A DNA stretch of 63,727 nt, filler included, from Folioceros fuciformis (taxonomy: Eukaryota), in the NCBI GenBank assembly GCA_049999805.1. It is 16 parts of 16 records of this genome, joined end to end, with 100 filler letters (N's around TTAATTAATTAA, not from the genome) between each part and the next. Parts side by side here need not be neighbours in the genome. Positions count along the whole stretch, not along the records: positions 46,949 to 53,804 come from JBNGIO010003685.1; positions 53,905 to 56,281 come from JBNGIO010003687.1; positions 56,382 to 58,966 come from JBNGIO010003688.1; positions 59,067 to 60,948 come from JBNGIO010003689.1; 12 more parts are not named here. One strand, 5' to 3'. Positions within the stretch are counted from its first letter, which is position 1. Each line of letters begins with the position of its first letter. The position numbers and the translations under genes were made by a program. A model generated the notes under the pieces. It saw only the letters and a list, made by a program, of their open reading frames with translations, made no database searches and was not told where the DNA came from. Shown piece after piece: positions 47,217-59,383 of the stretch.

Positions 47217-50200
47217 TGCAGTTGCAGACGGATGCAGACGCAGAGGCCGACGCAGGCGCAGACGCGGACGCAAACGCAGAGGCAGGCATGAGCNNNNNNN
47301 NNNNNNNNNNNNNNNNNNNNNNNNNNNNNNNNNNNNNNNNNNNNNNNNNNNNNNNNNNNNNNNNNNNNNNNNNNNNNNNNNNNNNNNNNNNNNGTGCAGC
47401 AGGGGCTGGCGCTCGGGTCCGGGTCCGGTTCCGGTTCCGCCACCGCGCCGGCCAAGGTGGTGCAGAGCGCCGTCAGCAGCTTCTCCACGGGGCTTGATCA
47501 GGGGCAGGCCGAGAGCTCCAGCACGCCCCGAAGGAGCAGCCGATCCAGTTCGCTGCACAAGGCAAGGGATCAGCCCGCTGCTTGCAAGCGCAAGAGGAAG
47601 TCCACAGGTACGTCCTGTTCGTTTCGGCTGCTGCTGTTGCTGCTGGCGTTGCCATGACGCAGCCTCCTAAACGCTGTCCTTGCTCTGTGTCTTGCGTGTG
47701 GTAGATCAGGAGCAGGCGTCGGCCAATTCCGTATCGGCCACGGGTCCCGCGGAGCTCACCGTGCTGGATCGGACTGGCAGCGGCAGCATGAACGACGGGC
47801 CGGGTGCGGAGGAGGTGGACAAGGAGTCCGGCACGGGCCAGGCTTGTGGGTTGTTGCAGCCGGCAGGAGAAGGAGACGAGCTGGTTGCAGCAGCCGCCGC
47901 CGCAGAAGTTGGAGTTGGAGGAGGTGGTGTGGATCCCAGCAATCCTAGCGCCGCCTCCAGGTATTCGACAGCGTCGCAGGATCTCAAGTGCAGGGAGACC
48001 ATCTTCGTCTCCTCGTCCAATTCCTCCAACCCGGTCACCGAGAATGTGGACGCGGAGGCCTGCAAATCCACCTCCGCCGTGGACGTGCTGCATCGTCGTA
48101 CGGACGCTCTTGCGTTCTGCAAGGATGATCTCGCTGCCGACGTCCAGGGATCATCGATGCTGCCGCAGCCTCAGGCGCGGGAGCACGGTAGTCAGATGCA
48201 CCAGGAGCAGCGTCAACAGCATCCCACGAGTTCCAAGAGTCAGGGCGATTGCGGGGCCTTCAACGACGCAGGGTGGAGGAGCTCGAGGTCCGATCATGAG
48301 GAGCAGGCGGGGAAGTTCCCCATCTTCGACACGGGTGCCGCAACCAAGAGGTTCAAGGCGGAGGTCAATGTCGCCAAGGGACTGTTTGCTTCCAGCGCCG
48401 CCAACATCGCTGTTCCTGAAGCCAAGACTGTGGAGCAAAGGAGCTCCAGCGCGTCATGGCTGCAGCTGGGCTTTGCTTCGTCGAATCCTGTGAGCAGGCA
48501 GCAGGAGGGAATGGAAGGAATGACGACGTCGATTAAACACGGTTTGGGCCAGCTCCAGGTTCTCACCATGCAGGACCAAGATCGCCTGGCTGGGGGTCCA
48601 GGGCTGGTTGGGCAGCAAGTGCAGGAGACTTCGCATTTCGGCAGACTCGGACCTGACCATGCTTCCGATCTGCAACAATCACAGCAGCAGCTTCCCTTTC
48701 CGACTGTGGCCACCGTTGGTGCTGTGAGCAGTGATGCTATCCAGATGCAGGCCAGGGACAGGCCTGGCATCATGGGAATGAGCCACTTCCATCGTCCCTC
48801 GCCCATGGGCAAGAATGTGACCAGCACCGGTACCTTTTCTGTGGCCGAGCACTCCGCATTCTCAGCTCCTGAAAATCGCCTGGCCCTCTCCACATCTGAG
48901 CATCACAAGGCCGTAGGCCACAAAGAGAATGGGTCGACTCTAGAGATGCGGAAGCCCGAGTTCCAGTCCGGGTATAGGATCTTCCTTGAGGAAAGCAATG
49001 CAGGAAAGGATGCCGAATTTGATGGGCACAGCGCTGGGTTCCGAACTAGTACTGCTGCTGATCACGGGCATGCTGTGGCTGCGCAGAGTCCCGCATCCTC
49101 GGTAGGGGGGGCGGTGAGCCTTGGGCTGTCCATGTTTTCTTACTCTGGAGGAACGATGGATGCTGCACAGGAGTCCAGGGCCAGGGACCACTACCAGCAT
49201 CTCTTCCTTGAAAGCAGGAGCAAGAGCAACGCTCTGCAGAAGTCGAACCAGATGCAGGGGGTGCATGTGCAGCCCAACACGCATCACATGGGTCAAACTA
49301 GGATGTTGGGTCCAGGCGTCGATCTAATTAAGGTCCCGAGAGCCACAGCCGCAGCTCCAGCAACGGGCTCAGGTCAGTCAAGGAGTTCCTGGCTACAGAA
49401 CGGGCCAAAATCGGCATCTAATCCAGCAGGGAGCTCCCCGACCGTGGGAGGAATGACATTGGACCAAGACCAGATCCAGACCCAGAATCAGAACCAGCAG
49501 CAGCAACAGCATGGTCTGATGAGGTTGCAAGGTCTAGATCTTGGGGAGCAGCAGAGAATGATCGATCATGCATCGATCATGCAAGCACGACCTGCAGCAG
49601 CAGCAGCAGCTGCTGCTGCTGCTGCAGGTGCTGCTCCGTCCCATGCGTGGCAGCTTGTGGCCATGCAGGGATCGCAGTTCGCAACTCCGGCAAATCTCAA
49701 TGCATACAGCAGCATGATCAGCCGGATCAACATCCCCGACCCGGTTGGTGTGGCTCAGAGCAGGAGCGGTAGCTGGGAGGAAGCATCGAGACACGCCAGG
49801 ATACCGATTCCTCAAGCGACTACACCGGATCATAGCTCCGTCATTCCTGATATCAGCAGCAGCCACCTACAAGCGCCCAAGGTGACTCCGAAACAGGATC
49901 AAGGAGCTGACAACTGGCAGATGATGATCAAGCGAGCTCAGTCCATGAACGTCGTCGCCCAGTTCCAGGCTCAACAGACGAGTATACATCATCAAGAGCC
50001 CTCTGCTGCTCGCAGTAACGGCACAAACGTGGCTGCCAGATCTCTCCCAGCTCCTCCAGCAGCAGCAGCAGCTCCGGCCTCTCTGACGACCATGCAGTTT
50101 CTGAGCAATTTGCAGGCCACTGAATCTTGGGCAGCGGTGCAACGGCCAGCTGCTCCGGGTTCTGTGCAGATTGCGAGCATGGCGTCTCCAAGTCCCTGCG

Positions 50201-51347
50201 TTTCTGCAGGATCTGCTCAGTTTCATGTTGCTCCCAGTCATGTGAACTTCGCAGGTCCCGGCGGCAGCGGGCCTTGGAGCTACAAATTCGTGCCCCACTC
50301 CGACTTCAACCATGCTGGGGCACATGTACATCATCCAGCTGCCTGGCATAATCAGTTCCAAGCTACTGTCCAGCAAGAGGGGCCCGATCAGCCCGCCAGT
50401 AGTAGTTTCCAGCATCCCAGAGCCTTGGCGAATCGGTCTGTTGCACAACGGCTAGCAGCTTCCACCCACGCTGCATCTGGTAAGCTTTCCAGTTCTGTGT
50501 GCTTCCAGATAGCTTGCCAAAAGCGGTTCTTCTTGTTGCAGGCCTCACATTCTGACTTGTGAATGCTCCTGCAGAGAGATCCAGTCTGGTGGCCAAAAAG
50601 CTTGCAGATCGGCTACGCCCTGCAGACCTCTGGTTTTTCCTTCGACCAGCTCACATGCAGTAAGTGCGAGTAACCAGTAACTTCACCTCGTTTCTGACAC
50701 TAGAACGATCCTTCGTACTGCTCCCACGCCAGTGCTTGAGTCTTACACCATCAGCAACTCTGATACAGGCTAGATCACCATCAGTCCGAAACTACCAAGG
50801 GGATCTACATGAGGATCAAGTAAGCCAGTTCGACATACCTCAGCTCCCTCTTGTGTGGTCATCAGCATGGTCTCACCTGCCGCTCATGACATGGACTTCG
50901 CAGGGATGGCAAGCTTCCGGTGTCCTATGTGAAGAGGTACCTTGTCAACAGGCTTGGGCTACAGAGTGAATCCGAGGTATGAGAGACTTTGACCTGAGCG
51001 GTGTTCACCCCAGACGTTACTGTCACCATTGGAAGCCCAGACCCTGCATTCATGGACCACACATCCACCTTCTCGGCCACACTTACAGAACCTGACATCA
51101 TGAAGTATGTGTGAACCAGGTCGAAATATCCTGCAAGGGACAGCCTATTGCATCCAACCTGCCACTACAACATGTGCGAGACACCGTCTGGTTTTCTCAA
51201 ACTGGCACGGCAGTAGACAACAGTACTTCCTCGGACAGAAGGGCAGCTGAGAGACCTGATAGCTTCAACGAACCGCTTGGGACGTCGTCTTCCAGTGACA
51301 TGCTCATGGTCCTTACGTACCATCGGCTCCATTTCTCACAGAGGTAG
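47217..51347 (+). CDS. LAX PANICLE 2-like protein (C-terminal RAWUL, no RING seen, very long low-complexity N-terminus)
   Basis: Exons ..-47607, 47705-50479, 50575-50659, 50769-50819, 50904-50976 and 51120-51347 with consistent phases. Motifs SWLQLG; LWFFL..; YMRIKDGKLPVSYVKRYLVNRLGLQSESEVEISCKGQ...LQHVRDTVW...MVLTYHR. The start is uncertain because of an N gap. Confidence 0.85.
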
Positions 51348-52236
51348 GCTCGTCGTGAGGTCAATTTTGGAAGTACTTAGAGATGTAGCCCATGTGTCCA
51401 ATCTCCGAAATTTCATGCTACATAGAGATTAGCAAGCTTTGAAAGCAATAATCAGGGAGATACCAGAGTATTAGGGTTTTGGGTGCCCATGTACATATCC
51501 AACTTTTCATGTCCAACAATGTAATTAATGTCTAATGGAGACATCATATTTTATCAGGGTGCCCTTTTGTTGAATGTTCCACAATCAATCTAAGCTAGGT
51601 ATGGCCAGAACGATCTTCCCAATGCTCTAGAGCTCCACTCTTCCCTCCGGAAGAAGAAGCTGAATATAATGTCCTATATTATACTATAATAATACTATAA
51701 TAAGGAGTGTTTTCATAAATAGATCCTATATGTTTCAATTAAAAAATATTTACTTCCAAACAGTATATACATATTACGGAGAATTTGATCTACATGTTGT
51801 TTGTTAGTTAATTTTGAGAGACATTGAGACAAAAAAGTGATCAAAAGTACATTGAGACAGCTTCGATCCTCTATATGAGAGCAATGTGGTGGAATGAGCG
51901 GTGCAGTGTCGAAATCGGGCGGGTGACAGGATCCTACGTTTGTTGTATGGAACACAAACAAGGGAACATCTAGCCAAACCAGTTGACATCCGTAAGCAAG
52001 AGCAGAGGAAAAATTGTTCGAGATTTGACAAATTTGGCAGAACATGCATAATTGTCCGAAGCTGTACGGGGTAGCGCTAATGAGGTTCAAGTATCATCTC
52101 ATGTCCCCCCAAGTAGAACTTCATCTATACCGGAAAGCTCAGGCTTGCAAAGCTACAGCCTACAATCCATCATTCACTCATTTCCAAGCACTGTCAAGTG
52201 GACAGACAAAGTGGCTGCTACTACGTAAATTTGTCT

Positions 52237-52657
52237 TCAGGTGCTCCATGCAACTTCAACAATGCGGGCTTCGAGCTTCTTCTTCTGCACCTTAGGCACT
52301 GTGACGGTGAGCACTCCATTCTCCACCTTGGCTGTCACCTCATCCAGCTTCACCTGATCGTTAGAGAGCGAGAACTTGCGCAAGAATTGGCCGTGCGAGC
52401 GCTCGACATGATGCCACTTGTCTGTATCCTTCACCTCCTCTTTGCTGCGCTCTCCGCTGATCTTCAAAACATTACCATCCTCAACTTCCACCTTCACTTC
52501 TTCTTTCTTCAGACCTGCAGGGCGAAGACTATCCCCGTGAGGACTCGTAACGACTCACAGCCTCACACCGAGCAGGAGTGCTCTCCGCGAACGCAGAACG
52601 TTCAAAGGGATCCCACAGGCTGTCGCTGCCCCAGCGAAAAGAAGGAAACAAGGCCAT
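52237..52657 (-). pseudogene. Cytosolic class I-like small heat shock protein, apparently internally deleted
   Basis: MALFPSF..SLWDPF from ATG 52657. [54 protein letters not shown] at 52514-52237. The DWKET..HVFKAD strand is missing and the two parts are out of frame unless a 52-nt intron is used. Confidence 0.7.
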
Positions 52658-52832
52658 AGATCTGTACTTGTTCAAGGAAACAAGATTGCTAAGACTCTAG
52701 AGCCCGGATTAGAACTTCTGTGCCGAGCCATTGCCGCACACTCGCATTTAATGGCCCGGGAGACATGCTCCAGAGCATTCCAGCTGAACACACTCTGGAC
52801 AATGATTTGGGTTAAATCGGATGAATGTAGAT

Positions 52833-52865
52833 AGAAACATTCGAAGCTTCCTTACATTCTGGAAT
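52833..52865. promoter_or_regulatory. Heat shock elements upstream of the sHSP
   Basis: TTCGAAgcTTC (GAAnnTTC at 52843-52850) and TTCtgGAA (52857-52864), ~190 nt upstream of the ATG. Confidence 0.65.
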
Positions 52866-53904
52866 CACTCTGCCGTGCTTTGGAATTGAAGAGATGACAA
52901 CACATGCCTTTTATCTTCTTATTAAATTGTATTACAGATTTCCGTGCGAAAACATTAGTATATTTTATATGGTTTTATAGTAACTTTACCATTATTGTGA
53001 TACACACAGCTCCATAAATATTGTATAATAAAATTATCTTAAATTTTTAATTCAAAAAGATCCTCGCGCTTTTATAACGGGCGGATCCGTATAACAGCTT
53101 TATTACAGGCGGCTTCGTGCACGACTGGTTAAAATAGCATTCAGCTTTTCGGATGGGCTTCTACAACAGAAAGCTGTGTACAAAGGATCTCTACAACAAA
53201 CACTTTAATACAGAGGGCATTTACAACAGGCAGATTAACATGTGACAGGCAATCTTGGGATGCCTTCTTTAACAGAAGCCTTACGAGCACTTCTTCACAT
53301 GAGGGTACGGGTTGTACAATACCCTATTCAATTCAAAGGTATCGGAATCTATTAATGATTTTTATCATTAATTATTTTAGTTATTTTACCTTAAATATTG
53401 AAGTAAGTGCTAATGAGTTTACAACATATTCACTTATCTTCATGGTGTAAGCTTTTTTATCATTCTTTCATTTCTCTGTGCCTTTCTTTTCCCCATTTTT
53501 GCCTTGCAATGGCATGAATCCTTCCTCTTGCCCTAGTTTGCCTACAGGGACCATGAGTGCCATTCTTTTCCCCATTTTCGCCTTGCAGCACCCATGACTC
53601 CTTTCTTTTGACCTAATCTGTCTTGTGGTGGCCATGACTCCCTTTCTTCTTCTAACTCCGTCTAGTAGTGGGCTTCACTCCCTTTCTTCTCCTCGACTTC
53701 GCCTAGTGGTGGCCATGGCTCCCTTCGTTTTCCACCACTCCACCCACCCAGTGGTGGCCATGGCTCCCTTCGTTTTCCACCACTCCACCCAGTGGTGGCC
53801 ATGANNNNNNNNNNNNNNNNNNNNNNNNNNNNNNNNNNNNNNNNNNNNTTAATTAATTAANNNNNNNNNNNNNNNNNNNNNNNNNNNNNNNNNNNNNNNN
53901 NNNN

Positions 53905-56095
53905 AACAGGTTCTTAGCCATGGACAGAACGTACAGTACGTCCTCCATTGTAAGAATGGATCCATCATGTAAGATAAATTTACATGAACCACTCCCCTAT
54001 ACAGATAGACTAGTTCTGTTGGTTTCATCACCTAACAGAACTCTTTTGTTGTTATACGCAGCGGTTTATCCATAAAATTGATTTTTATTTCTGCAGATAT
54101 GTGAAGTTGCCTCAGAGTCCAGATAACAAATATCCTCTAGGGGAAAAGTTCGGGCCAAGCATACTGTAAGGATCTTCACGGCTGATTTAGTGTCACCTTG
54201 ATTCTTCTGCTTGGCTGATACTGCTGCAACTGCCTTCTGTACACGCTGTGGCTCACCTGCCCTTTTTCTTCTGCAGTCTCTTGCCCAATGCCCCTCAATC
54301 CCACACCAATGGCAATTGCGAGGACGTTTTACAGATTGAGGGATTACAATTCTTTCATTCGTAGATTATAGAATTCATGTTTGAGAGCACATAGTGTAAG
54401 GACATTTTTAACCTGATACGTCTTTTCCAACTGATCCCATATCTCCGATGCTTGTGTCAAGAATTCTACTTCAAGGACCAGATCAAAATCTAGCCCGGCT
54501 ATGAGAAGAGCAATTGCAATATTATTCAGCTCATCCCATTCTGCTATCTTTTCAGCTATTGGAGCTGGTATTGCATTCGGGTTTGGTTTCTTTACTATAC
54601 CATCTACTATACTCTAGACATGTCTAGCGATTAAGGTGGCCCTCATGCGTATCCACCAGACAGGGTATTTTGTACCATTAAAGCGATCTTTTTCTTTAAG
54701 TTTTAAAGAATAGGTTGCTTTAGTTGGTATTGTGCTAGCCATACTAACAGACGCTATTGGGTTCAAGGACAGGGTTTGCAAACTATGTATAACTGAATCC
54801 AACGCATTGACCAAACTAGTGGTCATAAATAACTTAAGACGGGTAGTTACTAGAACTATGTATATGGCTACACAGGTAAGTAGGTTTTGTGGATCTAGTT
54901 CTGTAAGGTGATCTGCCAAGGGAAGATTCGAGAACAGTCAGGTAAGATTGATGTTCACAAGAGCTTCAATCTCATCTTTCTGGATTTGTTATCAAATTTC
55001 TCTCTTAAGGATTCAAACGTGTAAGGTAACTTAAAACAGGGTGTCGTTTCATAGAGAAACCCTAACTTCCTTACCATTTTGTGCAGGACAGCGAAAGGGA
55101 TTGGCTAGGTGGACCAATCAAAACAAAATCGACATAATAGATTGAAGAAACACAAAAACATTTGTGTCACTTCAGATCTGACTTGCCAAAGATGTTGTCG
55201 TTGCCTACATCGCCTGGTTTTGCTTGGACCGTCTGCATGGTTAGATCCTGTAATTGTGTTATAATATCGTTTAAATCACTTCGAATTTCGTGAGATTCAA
55301 CATGTATTAATTTCTCCACACAATTCTTGATATCTTGAATTTTGTTTTGAGTGATAGCAATTTGAGATATCAATTGTGATTGAAATTGTTGGATTTGTTT
55401 CATTTGCGAAAACAGCGCTGAAACTTGACTACCAGTTGTCCTCTGTTGTGTGTGAGGTGATTGGTAAATCCCTCCAGAATTAGAGAATCTATCATAGGTC
55501 TCCAATCTGTTATATTGCATATGGCTAGACGATGTTTTTTTGTTGCCATCGGGGTTTTCTTACCTCTTTTTTTATATAATTTTCATTTTTCTAGATGATA
55601 CAGAAAATCTCAATTGGATACAAAGGGTATTCTTTGTTTGTACTCCAGGTAGTCATTTCTATTTAAATGTACTGAAAAATATGGAGTCATCTTGTGACTA
55701 TGTTTCATTCAGTTTCTATCATCATGATGAATATTCATGANNNNNNNNNNNNNNNNNNNNNNNNNNNNNNNNNNNNNNNNNNNNNNNNNNNNNNNNNNNN
55801 NNNNNNNNNNNNNNNNNNNNNNNNNNNNNNNNNNNNNNNNGAATATTCATGACTACCCTGAGGCATTATTAAATTTTGCTGCTCTGATACCATGATAAAT
55901 TCTAATAATGCATTTATTTATTTGAATTGTATTGTTTGTAAAATAATCATTCTATTGTTTGATATATATATCTATATATGTTCCATCTGTGGTCATCCAT
56001 AATAACAAGTGCGTCTTGGCTTAAATACAATAACCTAGACAACGCACCTATTGACTTAACCCGGCGAGTTAGGGTTTATCCAAAACGCTCTCACA
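53905..56095 (-). mobile_element. Copia-type element 5' part: 203-bp LTR, PBS (tRNA-iMet), leader and degenerate gag
   Basis: LTR TGTGAG(56095)...TTATCA(55893) followed by TGGTATCAGAGC (55892-55881). gag EKDRFNGTKYPVWWIRM and knuckle CHWCGIEGHWARDC. Confidence 0.85.
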
Positions 56096-56281
56096 GATCA
56101 CCATGCAGAAATGCCGACTTCACATCCATCTGCACAAGTTCCATGTCGTTCCTCGCAACCAAAGAAGGAACGCATCGCAAGGTGGTCATTTTGACAACTG
56201 GTGAGAAAATCTCATCAAAGTCAATACCTTGCTGTTGCTTAAAACCCTTAGCAACCAATCATGCCTTGTACTTGGGTTTGC
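56096..56281 (-). mobile_element. Copia RT fragment hosting the element above
   Basis: Closely similar to ~4735-4920 ([33 protein letters not shown]), cut at the LTR. Confidence 0.9.
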
Positions 56282-57369
56282 NNNNNNNNNNNNNNNNNNN
56301 NNNNNNNNNNNNNNNNNNNNNNNNNTTAATTAATTAANNNNNNNNNNNNNNNNNNNNNNNNNNNNNNNNNNNNNNNNNNNNAGACAACATCAGCGCGGAC
56401 GAAACCAACGCGTGCGGAGAGATGGGCGACAAGCATGAGAAGGAAAACAAAGAAACCCGCAGGCTCACTATTCTGGCGCGAGCTTGGCTGAGCACTGATA
56501 TGGGGACGGGGATCTAGCGCTCGGAGGCACAAGGTCGCAAAGCCTTACAGGCCTAGAGCCTAGAGAATCAGACTGGGGCAGGCCTGCGAGAAGGAAAAAA
56601 ACCAGCCCTAGGCATCAGGTTGCCGGCAAGGCTGACGCGGGGCTGGAGAGGAGTAGTCCTGTGAAGGGACCAGACCGGCCGCGGGCGCTGACCGAGGGGA
56701 GTCGGCCGTAAGGGCGTCAAGGAAGCTCGGCCTGGTGCGAGCTGACGGACTTCAGACGAGAGGATGGAGTTAGGGCGGGCCTGCGAGAGCTCGGGTACGA
56801 AGAAGTCAAGGCGGGCTTAGCGAGACCCTCCGTGCGGGGCCAGGCCAGGCTGAGGGAGGAAGCTCAGCGAGGGCCAGAGAGAGAAGCCCGTCCGTGGGGT
56901 GGCCAGGCAGGAGCCCAGCCGGACCGCGAGGGAGGTAGGGGCGTGGGGAGAGCCAAGTTGGGAAGGCGAAGATGNNNNNNNNNNNNNNNNNNNNNNNNNN
57001 NNNNNNNNNNNNNNNNNNNNNNNNNNNNNNNNNNNNNNNNNNNNNNNNNNNNNNNNNNNNNNNNNNNNNNNNNNCCGCAAGGTTAGGCATGGCGATATGA
57101 GAACAAGAAGGCAAGTAGGTGGACATGGAAAGATTTGAAAGCTTGATGTTTCAGGAATTCAAGGACAAGATTAAGACCATATCAGAAAAGTTGAATTCAA
57201 AAAATGAGTCTATGTGTAGAGGAGGGAAGTGATGCGAGAAGGGGACTAAACCTGCATTTAGACAACTCAACCCTCAATCTCACCTAAGAGAGCTCCAAGG
57301 AGAAGAGTGACTATGACTCCTAGCTTGAGAATACAAGTGTAATCATCCCTAGATAGGAAAAAGTATTCC

Positions 57370-58350
57370 CTACATGCCTATGCAATAGAAGACAATGCTA
57401 AAAAATGCATCATGGCAAAAAGAGCACCCTCTAGCAAATCCCCTTGCCTTTTGATCGCTGAATAAAAATTGAGTCTCGTCAATGACCTAGCTGTGTTGGT
57501 AGTAGAGCTTGGATGGTGAGCCATAGAAGGAGCAAATGAAAGGAATTGGACCCCCGCACTTTTGACCTCCGAGAAGATGGCAACTTTGAAGATGATGTTG
57601 AAAGCATTCTCGATATCAACCTGCAAAGTCACCCATGTGAGCATGTGACTTGAGGGAGGCCTGGATGTCGAGGGTCACAAATTCATAGCCACCTGGGGTA
57701 GCAATTTCTAATTGGTGGAGTGCAAGATGCACTTGGAAGTGCTCTTGAACTTGAATTATGATACTTTGACCATAACAGCCGCTAGTGTAAAAAGCTTCAA
57801 AAAACCACTTGAAGAATTGTTAAAAAAAAAAAAAATATTGAAAATGGTCATAAACTATGCAAGACAAAGCCCCTGAAAAAGGGGGTAGTGTAGAAAGGAG
57901 AGTATGAAAAAAAACAATCTTATCCAAGCAAAAAGGCTTTGTACAATCGACAATGTGGTTGAGAAGATCTTCAATATAGTATTATGAGCTTTTGGGTAAA
58001 GGGCACATAGTACAGCAATGGTGTCATTTATTGTAAATGCTGCCAATTCCAAGCATAGTGCTCTAACAACCCGAGCATATTCACTATCCCTGCCTAGCAT
58101 GATACATTGCTTGAGGTACGCTTTAAATGAGTTCTAGCAAACCTTGTTGATCTTAGTTTACTCTATACGAGATTTTGTTGCTAGTAGATCCTCCTCCTGA
58201 ATAGCTTGTCAATCTCCAAACTGAAAATGGCGCAGTCGATAGGCCATCTTCCTATGACATGAAGTACTACCCTTAGAGCGCCGAAGGCACTACCTAGGGC
58301 ATCCTCAATCCTGGGTCTCGAGCAAGGTGATCCAAGGAAAGATGATAAGC
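57370..58350 (-). mobile_element. Degenerate non-LTR reverse transcriptase, CRE-like
   Basis: HQLEIATPGGYE, LQVDIENAFN and RQGDLLEGALFA resemble the Q.GV...GG.E / D..NAFN / QGDPLG..LF motifs. Confidence 0.55.
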
Positions 58351-58439
58351 AAGACGAATATTATCATGTAGGTACTTAGGGAGATGCTAAAAGAGGCGAG
58401 GACACACAAAACGAGCATGGAAAAGATGTTGATACTCTC

Positions 58440-58641
58440 CTATTTTCAAGAACATTTTGGCCTATTTCTTCCACCCTATAATAGGGCTATTTTCAAGGAC
58501 ATTTTGGCCTATTTCTTCCACCTTAACATAAGGCTATTTTTTAGGACATTTTGACCTATTTCTTCCACCCTAATATTTCTAGTTACTAATAGGGCAGGTT
58601 GTAATTGTAAGGAGGGTTTCTTCACCTTTGATGTTTTTTGG

Positions 58642-58688
<47 letters not shown>
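58440..58688. repeat. ~46-bp repeat x3 followed by an (ATT)15 microsatellite
   Basis: ACATTTTGGCCTATTTCTTCCACCC x3 (58440-58575); ATT run at 58642-58686. Confidence 0.9.
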
Positions 58689-59066
58689 CTTTCCATGACA
58701 TTCAACATCTTTGTTTATTGAAGCATATTGTTGGGGGAAGAAGTTAAAAATTAAACACAAATAGATGTAAATTATGGAATACCTATATGGATATACAGTT
58801 TGTCATTAGGTTTTTTTCTTTTTAACCATATATTTTATACCAATATTCCTCAGAATCTTCTACGTACATATGGATTTTAGGGCTCCCCATCACATCCCCA
58901 GCTGCCATGTGGTACGATGTGTTTCTTTTCTATCATTGTTACTTAAGTGGACCAATGGAGTTTCTGNNNNNNNNNNNNNNNNNNNNNNNNNNNNNNNNNN
59001 NNNNNNNNNNTTAATTAATTAANNNNNNNNNNNNNNNNNNNNNNNNNNNNNNNNNNNNNNNNNNNN

Positions 59067-59383
59067 AGCCTAGAATGTTGGACGGACCTTAGGGAAGCCT
59101 AGAATGTTGGACGTTACCTTAGGAAAGCCTAGAATGTTGGACGGACCTTAGGGAAGCCCAGAATGTTGGACGGACCTNNNNNNNNNNACGGACCTTAGGG
59201 AAGCCCAGAATGTTGGACGGACCTTAGGGAAGCCTAGAATGTTGGACGTACCTTAGGGAAGCCTAGAATGTTGGACGGACCTTAGGGAAGCCGAGAATGT
59301 TGGACGTTACCTTAGGGAAGCCTAGAATGTTGGACGGGACCTTAGGGAAGCCTAGAATGTTGGACGGACCTTAGGGAAGCCTA
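59067..59383. repeat. 29-30-bp tandem satellite, ~11 units, open at the scaffold end
   Basis: Unit AGCCTAGAATGTTGGACGGACCTTAGGGA with few variants. Confidence 0.95.

Noticed and set aside
59067-59383. Telomere array
   Set aside because: There is only one TTAGGG per 29-bp unit, not contiguous telomeric repeats.
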